Source: an uncultured cyanobacterium
Lineage (GTDB): Bacteria; Cyanobacteriota; Cyanobacteriia; PCC-6307; Cyanobiaceae
Direction of reading: 5' to 3'
NCBI GenBank assembly: GCA_963697335.1
Contig: CAVONQ010000018.1
Span: forward strand, 224,001-288,000
DNA: 64,000 nt
Part shown: positions 10,445 to 22,995 of the stretch, in pieces
How the letters are laid out: every line of letters starts with the position of its first letter
Position numbering within the stretch: position 1 is the stretch's first letter
Program-made: the position numbers and the translations under genes
Notes under the pieces: model-generated
Seen by the model: only the letters and a program-made list of their open reading frames with translations
Told to the model about the DNA's origin: nothing
Database searches by the model: none

Positions 10445-10879
10445 TCAGGGCGTGGGGGTCGGCCCCTCGGCCGACTGGACGCGTTGCGCCAGCAGGCGCG
10501 ATCCGTGCAGCAGCAGGGCGGCGCCGACCAGCGGCAGCCAGGCTCGGATGAGCCCCATCATCACAGTTGGCGCAACCGCCAGCAGCGCGGCCGCTGGCGG
10601 CAGGCCCGCTGGCCAGGGGGCCAGGGCCGGCAGGCCCAGGCTGTGGATGCCACACACAGCCCCCACCAGCCCCGCCTGCAGGTGACCGTCATCGGGGTCA
10701 ACCCGCTGCAGGTGGAAGGCCAGCAGGCCGTAGAAGAAGCCACAGCCTCCGGCCCGCAGGGCAGCCTCCAGCCCCAGCGGCAGCCCCAGCACCAGGGCCG
10801 CGGCGCCCGCCCCCAGCGCCCAGGTAAGGGAGCGCAGGCGCAACTGGCGGCGGGATGGCGGGCTGGCGGCCTGACTCAC
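10445..10879 (-). CDS. Hypothetical membrane protein
   Basis: Hydrophobic 144-aa ORF co-oriented with SNF2; FFYGLLAFHL.RVDPDD.HLQAGLVGAVCG. Confidence 0.7.
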   Translation of the reverse strand: MSQAASPPSRRQLRLRSLTWALGAGAAALVLGLPLGLEAALRAGGCGFFYGLLAFHLQRVDPDDGHLQAGLVGAVCGIHSLGLPALAPWPAGLPPAAALLAVAPTVMMGLIRAWLPLVGAALLLHGSRLLAQRVQSAEGPTPTP

Positions 10880-10977
10880 GGCGGCGCCCCGGTGGGGCAG
10901 GGCCTCTGCCGCCCGATCATGCTCCCCGGCTGGCCTGGCCTGCCGCCCCTAACCTTCCCCCTACCCATCCGCTCCCC

Positions 10978-13677
10978 ATGTGGATCTTCTCGCGGTGGCC
11001 GGAACGGCAGGCCCACCTGGTGCGCTGGCTGCTGCTGCTGGGTTGGCTGGCCCTGATCGCCTCGCTGCTGAGTCCGGCCCTGGGGGACTGGGCCCTGCGC
11101 CAGCCCCCCTGCCCTGAGGGCCTGGCCTGCCATGGCCACGGCGGCAACCAGCTGTTCTGGGGCACGGTGGTGCCCAGCGGTCTGCTGATCCTGGCGGCCG
11201 GCAGCCACGAGCTCTGGCGCCGCATCTGCCCACTGGCCTTCGCCTCCCAGCTGTTCCGGGCCCTGGACCTTCAGCGCCGCGTGCTGGGCCGCAACGGCAA
11301 GCCCCAGGTGGCCAAGGTGGAGGGCGACTCCTGGCTGGGGCGCCATCACCTGACCCTGCAGTGGAGCCTGCTGATCGCGGGGCTGTGCCTGCGCTTGCTG
11401 GCGGTGAACAGCAGCCCCCTGGGCCTGGGCCTGCTGCTGGCGCTCACCGTGGTGGCGGCGATCGCCGTGGGCTGGGCCTACGCCGGCAAGGCCTGGTGCC
11501 AGTACGTCTGCCCGATGGGCGCCGTGCAGCAGGTGGTCACCGGTCCCCGCGGGCCGCTGGCGGCTGCCGCCCACCTCGATTCCAGCCGCCTCACCCAGTC
11601 GATGTGCCGCACCGTGGCCGAGGACGGCCATGAGCGCTCCGCCTGCGTGGCCTGCCAGTCGCCCTGCCTCGACATCGACTCGGAACGCAACTACTGGGCC
11701 GGTCTGGAGGGCAAGCGGGGTCTGCGCTGGGCCTGGCTCTCCTATCCGGGGCTGGTGCTGGCCTTCTTCCTGCTCGCCCGCCAGCAGGGGCCGGAGACGG
11801 TCGAGATGCTGCGCAGTGGCCTGTGGGCCTTCGATGCCGACCTGCCCGCCCGGGCCCTCGACCTCTGGCCCCGGGCCGATGCCGGTTGGGGGGTGCCGCG
11901 GCTGCTGGCGATTCCGGCCCTGCTGAGCGCCGCCGGTGCCGGCAGCGTGGCCCTGTTCAGCGGGCTGGAGAGCGGCCTGCGCCAGGGGCTGAGCGGCGAC
12001 CACAGCGCCGAGCGCGCCCGGGCCATGGCCCGCTCCCGCACCCGGCTGCTGGCCACGTTCCTGGCCGTGAACCTGTTCTTCTGGTTCGCCGATCCCAGCC
12101 TCGGGCTGGCGGGGGGCAAGGTGGGCCAGCTGATCCGCTCCCTGGTGCTGATCGCCAGCGCCATCTGGCTGTTCCGCGGCTGGCCCCGCGACGCCGACAC
12201 CTACCGGCGGGAGAACACCAGCGCCAGCCTGCGCAACCAGCTCAGGAAGCGCTTTCCCAATCTGGAGGCCCATCTCGATGGGCGCACCCTCGACGAGCTC
12301 ACCCCCGGCGAGGTGTTCACCCTGGCCAAGGCCCTGCCCGCCCAGCTCGCCGCCACCAGCCAGTCGCTGTACCGCGACGTGCTGGCCGATCTGGTGCGCA
12401 GCGGCCGCCTGGAGCGGGCCACCAGCGCCGTGCAGCTCGAGGAGCTGCGCCTGGCCCTGGGGCTGGAGGAGGCCGATCACCACGCCGCCCTGCGCGAACT
12501 CTCCCTGGAGGAGCCGCAGCTGCTCCAGCTCGACGCCCGCCAGCGGGCCAGCCTCAACCTGCGCGAGGACGCCGCCGCTGAGGCGGTCCACGACCTGCTG
12601 CAGTTCGCCGGCCAGCACGATCTGCGCCCCGGCGCCCTGGACGCCGCCCAGAGCCGGCGGCTGGAGATGATCCGCCAGGATTCCGGCCTCGACGATGGCG
12701 CCTGGCAGGCCCTGCTGCTGCGCTTCGGCCCCCGTTCGGCCTTCGCCCAGCGCCAGCTGAGTGCCGGCCTCGAGGAGTTGCGCGGCGAGCTGGCCCGCAG
12801 CAGCAGCGTGGAGGCCGCAGCCGCCGGCGACGGCCTGCTCAGGCCGCTGTTGCCGGTGATCGATCTGCGCATCGTCGGCCGCCTGCTGCCGCTGCTGCCG
12901 CTGCTGGCCGAGTTCCAGGCCGACGATCCCCTGCTGCGCCAGTTCGCCGCCCTGCAGGCCCTGTTGTCGCCGGGGGTCGTGGGCGAGGTGCATCGCCGCG
13001 ACCTCACCCTGCTGCCCCACCCCGAACCCTTACCCGACCCCCAGGCGCCCCTGGTGCTGGAGCCGCTGCCGGACCCGTTGGCCGTGCTGGAGGACCTCTG
13101 GAGCGACCCCGATCCCGAGAACGCCTTCTGGGTGCTCTGGCTGCTCGACCAGCGGGACCCGGCCCGCGCAGCGCGCTTGCGGCGCACGCCCCGCAGCGGC
13201 CTGCCCAGCTCGGCCCACCTGGAGGCGCTGCTGGCCTCCAGACCGCCGGCTGAGGCGGAGCTGCTGCACCTGCTGGTGCAGGTGCCCCTGTTCGCGGAGT
13301 TGTCGCCTTCGGCCCTGTTCAACGTGGCGGCCTGGGGCCAGCTGCGCGCCTGGCCGGCCGGCGCGGCGATCCTGCGGCCGGGTGAGGAGGCCACCTGGAT
13401 GGCGATCCTGCTGGAGGGCTGCGCCCGCGTCAGCGGCGCGGACTGGCAGGCGCGGGTGGCGGCGGGGGAGACCCTCGGCGAGATGGCCCTGCTCAGCGGC
13501 CGCCCGCGGGGATCGGCCGTCACGGCCCTGGAGCCCGTGCGCGCCCTGGTGTTCGATGCCGCCGCCTTCGAGCAGCTGCTGCACCAGTCCTCCGGCTTTG
13601 CCCGCAGCCTGCTGCGCCAGCAGACCCGCCGCATCGAGCTGTTGAGCGATCATGCCTCCAGTGGGTTGATGACCTGA
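10978..13677 (+). CDS. Membrane 4Fe-4S-binding protein with C-terminal cyclic-nucleotide-binding domain
   Basis: TM helices with WRRICPLA, WCQYVCPMG, CVACQSPC (NapH/MauN-like Cys motifs); C-terminal VPLFAEL...GETLGEMALLSGRPRGSAV cNMP domain. Confidence 0.85.
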   Translation: MWIFSRWPERQAHLVRWLLLLGWLALIASLLSPALGDWALRQPPCPEGLACHGHGGNQLFWGTVVPSGLLILAAGSHELWRRICPLAFASQLFRALDLQRRVLGRNGKPQVAKVEGDSWLGRHHLTLQWSLLIAGLCLRLLAVNSSPLGLGLLLALTVVAAIAVGWAYAGKAWCQYVCPMGAVQQVVTGPRGPLAAAAHLDSSRLTQSMCRTVAEDGHERSACVACQSPCLDIDSERNYWAGLEGKRGLRWAWLSYPGLVLAFFLLARQQGPETVEMLRSGLWAFDADLPARALDLWPRADAGWGVPRLLAIPALLSAAGAGSVALFSGLESGLRQGLSGDHSAERARAMARSRTRLLATFLAVNLFFWFADPSLGLAGGKVGQLIRSLVLIASAIWLFRGWPRDADTYRRENTSASLRNQLRKRFPNLEAHLDGRTLDELTPGEVFTLAKALPAQLAATSQSLYRDVLADLVRSGRLERATSAVQLEELRLALGLEEADHHAALRELSLEEPQLLQLDARQRASLNLREDAAAEAVHDLLQFAGQHDLRPGALDAAQSRRLEMIRQDSGLDDGAWQALLLRFGPRSAFAQRQLSAGLEELRGELARSSSVEAAAAGDGLLRPLLPVIDLRIVGRLLPLLPLLAEFQADDPLLRQFAALQALLSPGVVGEVHRRDLTLLPHPEPLPDPQAPLVLEPLPDPLAVLEDLWSDPDPENAFWVLWLLDQRDPARAARLRRTPRSGLPSSAHLEALLASRPPAEAELLHLLVQVPLFAELSPSALFNVAAWGQLRAWPAGAAILRPGEEATWMAILLEGCARVSGADWQARVAAGETLGEMALLSGRPRGSAVTALEPVRALVFDAAAFEQLLHQSSGFARSLLRQQTRRIELLSDHASSGLMT

Positions 13678-13680
13678 GCC

Positions 13681-16393
<2,713 letters not shown>

Positions 16394-16437
16394 GAAGCCA
16401 GGGGCTGCCTAGGCTTCACACCCTTCTGAACGGCGTT

Positions 16438-17631
16438 ATGGCCCGCCATTTCTGGGGTCTGTCGGGCTCCCTTGCCACGGCTGCGCTGCTCGGGCCCCTG
16501 GCCATGCTGGCGGCCAGGGCCACACCGGTGAGCTACGAGATCCAGGCCCGTACCGTGTCGGGTCTCGGCGCCGCCGCTGCCGGCGGCGGCCTTTCGGCGG
16601 CCGCTCTGCTGGAGCTGATGCAGGGAGAGGCGCCTGCCTCCATGCGCAGCCTGGAGCTCACCCTGCGCAGCGCCGGGCCGTTGCCGTCGCAACGCAGCGC
16701 GGAACACCGGATTCCCGCCGGCCTCGGCCTGGGTGACGTCCTGCCCCTGCTGCCCGCCGCCGCTGCCGCAGAGAAGAGCGGTTCCCAGGCAAACGCTGAT
16801 GACTGGGATGCCTCCCAAGCCAAGGGGCGTTTGCTGCTGTTCCGGGGCTGCACGGAGGACGGGCCCACCGCACCGGTGCAGGTGATCGAGCTGGCCCAGC
16901 TGCTGCCGGACCAGCGGGCCATGGCCATGGCGCTGGCGCGTCTCGGCCGCCTGGTGGAGACCGCCAACCCTGACCGGGCAACCGGAGCGGTGGTGGGCCG
17001 CTGGCCCAACGCCCTTTCCTCGCCGCCGATCCCCGCCCCCGCATCCCTGGTGGGGGCCCATTCGGTGCGTGGGGCGGCCATCCCGGAGATCGCCTTTGAG
17101 CTCGATCCCGGCGATGACTTTCTCGAGCCGATTGCGCTACAGGCCGCCCTGGTGTCAGGGCGCTGGCAACTCAGCTGGGAGCCCCAGACCGGGGTGCTCG
17201 GCTACCAGGCCATGGTGGCCGGCCCCGGGCAACAGGAGGGGGACCTGGTGATCTGGACCTCCACCGCAGGAGAGCTGGGGGATGGCTCGCTGCTGGGGGC
17301 TCTGGCTCCAGCAGCTTTGGCGAGTGGCTTCATGGCGGACGAGGGTCAGCTGCTGGCGCCCCAGCGCAGCGCCTGCAGCCTGAGTCCCCAGGCCACCGCC
17401 CAGCTGCAGACGGCCGTGCTGCAGTTCAGCGCCCTGGGGGAGCCGGTGCAGCGGCAGGCGCCTGGGGTGGCGCCCGCCTGGCGCCTGCGCCTGGAGCGGC
17501 AGGCCGTGCTGATCGAGCCCCTGCTGGAGGACATCCCCACCCTGTCGCCGGCTGAAGGAGCCCGGGTGGGCCCCCGCAAGCCACCTCTGTTCCAGCGGGG
17601 AGCCTTCAATCTGATTCGCGGCATCTTCTGA
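16438..17631 (+). CDS. Hypothetical exported protein (397 aa)
   Basis: Signal-peptide-like N-terminus, coding-like codon bias; no family recognised with certainty. Confidence 0.75.
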   Translation: MARHFWGLSGSLATAALLGPLAMLAARATPVSYEIQARTVSGLGAAAAGGGLSAAALLELMQGEAPASMRSLELTLRSAGPLPSQRSAEHRIPAGLGLGDVLPLLPAAAAAEKSGSQANADDWDASQAKGRLLLFRGCTEDGPTAPVQVIELAQLLPDQRAMAMALARLGRLVETANPDRATGAVVGRWPNALSSPPIPAPASLVGAHSVRGAAIPEIAFELDPGDDFLEPIALQAALVSGRWQLSWEPQTGVLGYQAMVAGPGQQEGDLVIWTSTAGELGDGSLLGALAPAALASGFMADEGQLLAPQRSACSLSPQATAQLQTAVLQFSALGEPVQRQAPGVAPAWRLRLERQAVLIEPLLEDIPTLSPAEGARVGPRKPPLFQRGAFNLIRGIF

Positions 17632-17700
17632 GCATCCGAGCCGGCGGGATGGGCTCTGCCGGGAGCCGACCATGCTGGTCAGCAGTCCTTCCCGCTTGCC

Positions 17701-18396
17701 ATGCGTTGGCTCCCCGCCCTGCTGTTTCCGGCCCTGGTTCAGGTTGTGCAGCCCACCGCTGCTGTCGCCCAGGCCCAGGTGCAGCTCCAGTGCAACGGCA
17801 CCCTGCTCGAGGCCCGCGGCTCGGCGGAGCTCCGGCGGCAGGCCAGCCGCTTCAGCTTTTCCCTGGGCCTGGAGGCCGAGGCCGCTAGCTCCGACCAGGC
17901 CCTGGAGGCCCTCCAGGGGCGTCTGGTCGCCCTGCGCCAGGAGCTCAGGTCCCTGGGGGTGGAGGCGTTGGAGGTGACCTCCCCCAACACCTGGGAGCGA
18001 GGCAGCAGCGGACGCTCACCCGCCGCATGGGTGGCCACGCTGCAGGTGAGCGGCAAGCTCGCTTTGGAGCAGCTGCAGCCCCTGGTGCGCCGGGTGGGGG
18101 GCCTGCCGGGGGTGCGGTTGTCGCCGGTGAGCACCGAGGCCAGCCCCGAACAGGACCGGACCGCCCGCCAGCAGTTGTTGCGGGCCGCTTACCAGGACGC
18201 CCAGCAGCAGGCCCGCGACCTGGGGGCGGTGATGGGCCTGGAGGCGTTGCGGCCGATCCAGGTGCAGGTGGAGGGCGCTCAGCGCCCGGTGTCGCTGCGG
18301 GCCATGGCGGATGCCGCCCCACCCGCCTTCGACCCCGCCGAACTGCCGGCCCCGATCGATCGCCTCAGCCTGCAGGTATGGTTCTGCAGCCGCTGA
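17701..18396 (+). CDS. SIMPL (DUF541)-like periplasmic protein
   Basis: Signal peptide; 'RQQLLRAAYQDAQQQARDL' helix and size typical of the SIMPL family. Confidence 0.7.
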   Translation: MRWLPALLFPALVQVVQPTAAVAQAQVQLQCNGTLLEARGSAELRRQASRFSFSLGLEAEAASSDQALEALQGRLVALRQELRSLGVEALEVTSPNTWERGSSGRSPAAWVATLQVSGKLALEQLQPLVRRVGGLPGVRLSPVSTEASPEQDRTARQQLLRAAYQDAQQQARDLGAVMGLEALRPIQVQVEGAQRPVSLRAMADAAPPAFDPAELPAPIDRLSLQVWFCSR

Positions 18397-18424
18397 GGGG
18401 CACGGCCTAACGGCGCGGCCCGGA

Positions 18425-19927
18425 TCAGGGCCTGCCGGGTCCCATGGCGCCGAACAGCTGCTGCATCCGCTGCAGCAGGTTCAGCTCCCGCTCCGCCACC
18501 TGCTCCGCCGACACCTGCTCCTGTTCGCAGCGGCGGCGGTTGACCAGATGGGCCAGCTGCTCCAGGAACTGGGGTTCGGCCTCCACCAGGGGCATCAGGT
18601 CGTCGCGCTCCACCTCCAGCAGCACCGTGTCCGCCGCGGCGCGCACGCTGGCGCTGCGGCGGGCACCGGTGCAGAGCCCCATCTCCCCGAACACGTCGCC
18701 CACCCCCAGCCTGGCCAGGCGCGTCTGACCCCCTTGGGGGTTGGTCTTCAGCACGTCCACACCGCCCTGCACGACCTGGAACATGGCGGTGCTTGGATCC
18801 CCCTCGCGCATCACCAGTTCCCCCGGCCCGAAGCGCAGGCAGCGGGTGAGCGGCGCCAGGCGTGCCAGCTGATCCGCCCCCAGCTCCTGGAACAGCCCAT
18901 TGCCGCTCAGCAGCCTGGCCCGGGCGGCCGCATCGATCAGGGCGGGATCATCGGCGGGTGGGGCTGGGTCCTTGGGCCTGAGCTCCCGCACCGGATAGGG
19001 AATGCTGTGGCCGGCACGGCTGAGGGCATACCAGATGTGCTGCAGCACGGCGCTGCGCACCTCCAGCCGTTGCAGCTCACCGGCACCCTGGTGCCACACC
19101 AGCAGCTCATAGGTGATGGCGCTGTCGGCGTAGGCCCCCACCCAGGCCCGCGGCGGCGGCTCCCCCAGCACCCCGGGGCAGTCGGCCATCGCCGCCTCCA
19201 GCAGGGCGCAGGCCTGGCCCGGCGGCAGGGCGTAGTCGAGGCCGATGCTGAAGCGGTTGCCCACCGGCGCCCGCGGCGCGAAACAGCGCGCCATGGCCTG
19301 GGCCACGGTGTCGTTGGGGATCACCAGCAGACTGCCGTCGGAGCACTGCAGGTAGGTGTTCATCAGGGTGACGCTCCTGACCACGCCCGCCTCTCCATTC
19401 ACCTCAATCCAGTCGCCCTCACTGAAGGGGGCATCGAGTTGCAGGCTGATGCCGGCGACCATGTCCTTGAGGGTTTCCTGGGCGGCCAGGCCGAGCACGG
19501 CCGTCAGCACCGCCGAGGTGGTGAACAGCCCCACCAGATTCACCCCCGCCTGCTCGCGCAGCACCAGGGCGGTGTAGGCGGCGGCCAGCACCAGCATGGC
19601 CAGGTCGCGCAGGATCTTTGGCGGCTGGGGCCACCAGCCCAGGCTGCCGGGCACCTGCACGCCGGCCCAGGTGGCCAGCCGGATCAGGGCATAGCCCAGT
19701 AGCAGCAGGTCGAGGCTGGCGAGCCAGCGGCTGGCCGTGGCCCCCACCAGGCTGGCCGGAATGGTGCTGACGGCGCCGTGCACCAGGGCCGCGCCCAGGG
19801 GCAGCAGCAGGGGGAGATCCGGCAGCCGGGTGCGTCGCCTGAGCCAGGCGTGCAGCCCTAACAGACCGAGCGCCAGCAGCAGGGTGAGCACCAGCCCGGG
19901 GATCGCCATCCGCAACAACGCGCCCAT
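18425..19927 (-). CDS. Small-conductance mechanosensitive channel (MscS family) with C-terminal cNMP-binding domain
   Basis: VLGLAAQETLKD..AGI.LQLDAPFSEGDWI, IPN, IPYP; cNMP domain GDVFGEMGLCTGARRSASVRA; start at 19927 or 19909. Confidence 0.9.
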   Translation of the reverse strand: MGALLRMAIPGLVLTLLLALGLLGLHAWLRRRTRLPDLPLLLPLGAALVHGAVSTIPASLVGATASRWLASLDLLLLGYALIRLATWAGVQVPGSLGWWPQPPKILRDLAMLVLAAAYTALVLREQAGVNLVGLFTTSAVLTAVLGLAAQETLKDMVAGISLQLDAPFSEGDWIEVNGEAGVVRSVTLMNTYLQCSDGSLLVIPNDTVAQAMARCFAPRAPVGNRFSIGLDYALPPGQACALLEAAMADCPGVLGEPPPRAWVGAYADSAITYELLVWHQGAGELQRLEVRSAVLQHIWYALSRAGHSIPYPVRELRPKDPAPPADDPALIDAAARARLLSGNGLFQELGADQLARLAPLTRCLRFGPGELVMREGDPSTAMFQVVQGGVDVLKTNPQGGQTRLARLGVGDVFGEMGLCTGARRSASVRAAADTVLLEVERDDLMPLVEAEPQFLEQLAHLVNRRRCEQEQVSAEQVAERELNLLQRMQQLFGAMGPGRP

Positions 19928-20040
19928 ACCGCCGTACCCAGCCTGGGTCAAAGTGGAACCAGGCTGCTCCAGCCAGCCCCAGGCTGCTGGCTTCGCTGAC
20001 CTCCCCGCTGGCCTCCATCCCGATCGCTGTTCCGTTTCCT

Positions 20041-20385
20041 GTGGCCGATCTCCAGGCAGGGCTGGATCTGTTCCTGCTGCTCGCCATGGGCCATTTCCTG
20101 GCGGATTTCGCCCTGCAGAGCGATCGCATGGCCCAGGAGAAGTGCCCCCAGGCGCGTGGTGTATTGCCCTGGGGTTGGTGGCTGGCCGCCCATGCCGGCA
20201 TCCATGGTTTTCTGGTGGCGGTGATCAGCGGCGTGCCCCTGCTCGGCCTGGCCGAGTGGATCCTGCACGCCGCCATCGACCTGGGCAAGTGCCGCAGGGT
20301 CTACAGCATCGGCGTGGACCAGGCCCTGCACCTGGGCTGCAAGCTGCTCTGGGTGGCGGTGCTGACGCTGGGCTGGCTGGCCTGA
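20041..20385 (+). CDS. DUF3307 family small membrane protein
   Basis: GHFLADFALQ, AHAGIHG, HAAIDLGK, DQALH. Confidence 0.85.
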   Translation: MADLQAGLDLFLLLAMGHFLADFALQSDRMAQEKCPQARGVLPWGWWLAAHAGIHGFLVAVISGVPLLGLAEWILHAAIDLGKCRRVYSIGVDQALHLGCKLLWVAVLTLGWLA

Positions 20386-20404
20386 GCCCCGGCGGCGCCC
20401 TGCC

Positions 20405-22366
20405 TCAGGACTGCAGGTAGGTGGTCTGCCCCAGGCTGTGCTCCAGGTGGGCCATCAGCCGCCGTGCGTCGCTGATCTTCAGCTGGCCCCCGTTGATCGC
20501 CTCCTCGCTGGCCAGCCGCAGCCGCTCCAGCAGTTGGCGGGGGTCGTGCTCCATCACCTCCAGCACTTCGGCATTGGTGTCACCCCGCACCACGTGATCC
20601 ACCACGTAGTGCCCCGCCGTGCCCAGACGGATGTGCACCGCATTGGTGCTGCCGAACAGGTTGTGGAGGTTGCCCATCACCTCCTGGTAGGCCCCGGCCA
20701 GGAACAGGCCCACCCAGTAGGGCTCCCCGGGGCGGGGCGGGTGCAGTTCCAGCAACGTCTTCACCTGGCCCCGGTCGATGAAGCGGGCCAGCTTGCCGTC
20801 GGAGTCGCAGGTGAGGTCGGCGAAGCTGCCCAGGCCCGTGGGGCGCTCGTCGAGGCGCTGGATCGGCAGCACCGGGAACAGCTGGTCGATGGCCCAGGTG
20901 TCCGGTGCTGAGCGGAACACCGAGAGGTTGGCGTAGTAGGTGCTGGCCAGGGCGGCCTGCAGGGCGCCCAGCTGCTCGGGGATCTCGGTGCCCTCCGGCA
21001 GCGCGGCGAGCCGGGCGGCGATCGCCTCGGCGCAGGCCCAGGTGAGCTGCTCGGCGCGGGCCCGCTGGGGCAGCCCCAGATAGCCGAGCCGGAAGGCGGC
21101 CAGGGCGTCGTCCTTGAACTTGAGGGCATCGTTCCAGGCCTCCTGCATCAGCTCGCAGTTCAGATCGGGCCTGGTGCCTGCCCCAGGCGCGGCGCTGGCC
21201 TCGATCGTGGCCAGGGTCTCGCGCAGGTTGTGCACCGTGAGCGGCTCGTCCGATTCTTCGGGGGGCACACCGCAGGGGGGGTGGCCCGTGCCGAGCACGT
21301 CGAACACCAGCACCGAGAAGTGGCTGGCGATGGCCCGGCCGCTCTCGCTCACCAGGGTGGGCACCGCCACCCCATGGGGCGCGCAGCACTCGCGCACCGT
21401 GGCCACCACGTCGTTGGCGTAGTTCTGCAGCGAATAGTTCTTGGAGGCGGCGGTGGCCGTGCGGCTGCCGTCGTAGTCGATCCCCAGGCCACCGCCCACA
21501 TCCAGCAGACCCATCGGCGCCCCCAGCCGGGTGAGCTCCACGTAGATCTGCCCCGCTTCCTGCAGGGCGTCCTTGAGCACGGCGATGTCGTTGATCTGGC
21601 TGCCGATGTGGAAGTGCAGCAGGCGCAGCTCGCCGAGCAGATCGGCCTGGCGCAGGGCCTCCACGGTGGCGAGCAGGTCGGGCACCGACAGGCCGAACTT
21701 GGCCCGCTCCCCCACCGAGCTGCCCCAGCGGCCGGTGCTGCGGCTGGAGAGCTTGGCCCGCACGCCGATCAGCGGGGCGGCGCCGAGCTCATGGCTGGCC
21801 CGGATGATGCGCTCCACCTCATCGGCCTGCTCGATCACCACCACCGGCTGCCGCCCCAGCCGCCGCGCCAGGATCGCCGTCTCGATGTAGCGCTGGTCCT
21901 TGTAGCCGTTGCAGATCAGCAGGGCCTGGGGGTCGTCCACCAGGGAGAGGGCGATCAGCAGCTCCGCCTTGCTGCCGGCCTCCAGGCCGAAATGCCAGCG
22001 CCGGCCGCTCTCCACCAGCTGCTCCACCACGTGGCGCTGCTGGTTGCACTTCACCGGGAACACCCCCTGGTAGCGGCCGGCGTAGCCGTACTGGGCGATG
22101 GCCCGCTCGAAGGCGGCATGGAGCCGCTCCAGCCGGTCTTCGAGGATGTCGTCGAAGCGGATCAGCAGCGGCAGCGAGAGGTCGCGCCCCTGCAGCTCCC
22201 GCACCAGCTCCACCAGATCCAGGGAGCCGCCCCGGTCGCCCCTGGGCTGCACAATCACGTGGCCGCGGCTGTTGACGGAGAAGTAGGGGTCGCCCCAGCG
22301 ATCCAGGCCATAGAGGCTGGCGCCGTCCTCGGCGGTCCAGGTGCTGGGGGGGGCGGTGAGCACCAT
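20405..22366 (-). CDS. speA: Biosynthetic arginine decarboxylase
   Basis: [62 protein letters not shown]. Confidence 0.96.
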   Translation of the reverse strand: MVLTAPPSTWTAEDGASLYGLDRWGDPYFSVNSRGHVIVQPRGDRGGSLDLVELVRELQGRDLSLPLLIRFDDILEDRLERLHAAFERAIAQYGYAGRYQGVFPVKCNQQRHVVEQLVESGRRWHFGLEAGSKAELLIALSLVDDPQALLICNGYKDQRYIETAILARRLGRQPVVVIEQADEVERIIRASHELGAAPLIGVRAKLSSRSTGRWGSSVGERAKFGLSVPDLLATVEALRQADLLGELRLLHFHIGSQINDIAVLKDALQEAGQIYVELTRLGAPMGLLDVGGGLGIDYDGSRTATAASKNYSLQNYANDVVATVRECCAPHGVAVPTLVSESGRAIASHFSVLVFDVLGTGHPPCGVPPEESDEPLTVHNLRETLATIEASAAPGAGTRPDLNCELMQEAWNDALKFKDDALAAFRLGYLGLPQRARAEQLTWACAEAIAARLAALPEGTEIPEQLGALQAALASTYYANLSVFRSAPDTWAIDQLFPVLPIQRLDERPTGLGSFADLTCDSDGKLARFIDRGQVKTLLELHPPRPGEPYWVGLFLAGAYQEVMGNLHNLFGSTNAVHIRLGTAGHYVVDHVVRGDTNAEVLEVMEHDPRQLLERLRLASEEAINGGQLKISDARRLMAHLEHSLGQTTYLQS

Positions 22367-22428
22367 GGCCCGGCACCGTGCATGTGGCGTTACGGAATGT
22401 AGGCAGGGTGCAGCAGAGCCGCTGGGGC

Positions 22429-22463
22429 CGGGCTGCTTGCCAAGCGGGCTGCTTGCCAAGCGG
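22429..22463. repeat. 16-bp tandem duplication in the speA/ndk divergent intergenic region
   Basis: CGGGCTGCTTGCCAAG x2; each copy contains the inverted repeat GCTTG-C-CAAGC. Confidence 0.8.
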
Positions 22464-22506
22464 TGGGCCGGCCACGGACGATGGCGCCACTCCCTTCGAT
22501 CACCCC

Positions 22507-22965
22507 ATGGCCACCGAACGCACTTTCATCGCCATCAAGCCCGATGGTGTTCAGCGGGGCCTGGTGGCTGAAATCCTGGGCCGCTTCGAGCGCAAGGGCT
22601 TCAAGCTGGTGGGCCTCAAGCAGCTCACCCCCAGCCGCGAGCTGGCTGAAAACCACTACGGCGTGCACCGGGAGCGTCCCTTCTTCGCCGGGCTGGTGGA
22701 CTTCATCACCTCCGGCCCCGTGGTGGCGATGGTGTGGGAGGGCGACGGTGTCATTGCCAGCGCCCGCAAGCTGATCGGAGCCACCAAGCCCCTGGAGGCC
22801 GAGCCCGGCACGATCCGCGGCGACCTGGCCGTGAACATCGGCCGCAACGTGATCCACGGCTCCGACGCCCCCGAAACGGCTGTGTTCGAGATCGGTCTCT
22901 GGTTCCAGCCCTCCGAGCTGAGCGACTGGACGCCATCGGACCAGGGCTGGCGCAGCGAGGGCTGA
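22507..22965 (+). CDS. ndk: Nucleoside diphosphate kinase
   Basis: [30 protein letters not shown]. Confidence 0.98.
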   Translation: MATERTFIAIKPDGVQRGLVAEILGRFERKGFKLVGLKQLTPSRELAENHYGVHRERPFFAGLVDFITSGPVVAMVWEGDGVIASARKLIGATKPLEAEPGTIRGDLAVNIGRNVIHGSDAPETAVFEIGLWFQPSELSDWTPSDQGWRSEG

Positions 22966-22995
22966 GTCGCCAGGCTGGGGGGCCGCCCCCCGCCG

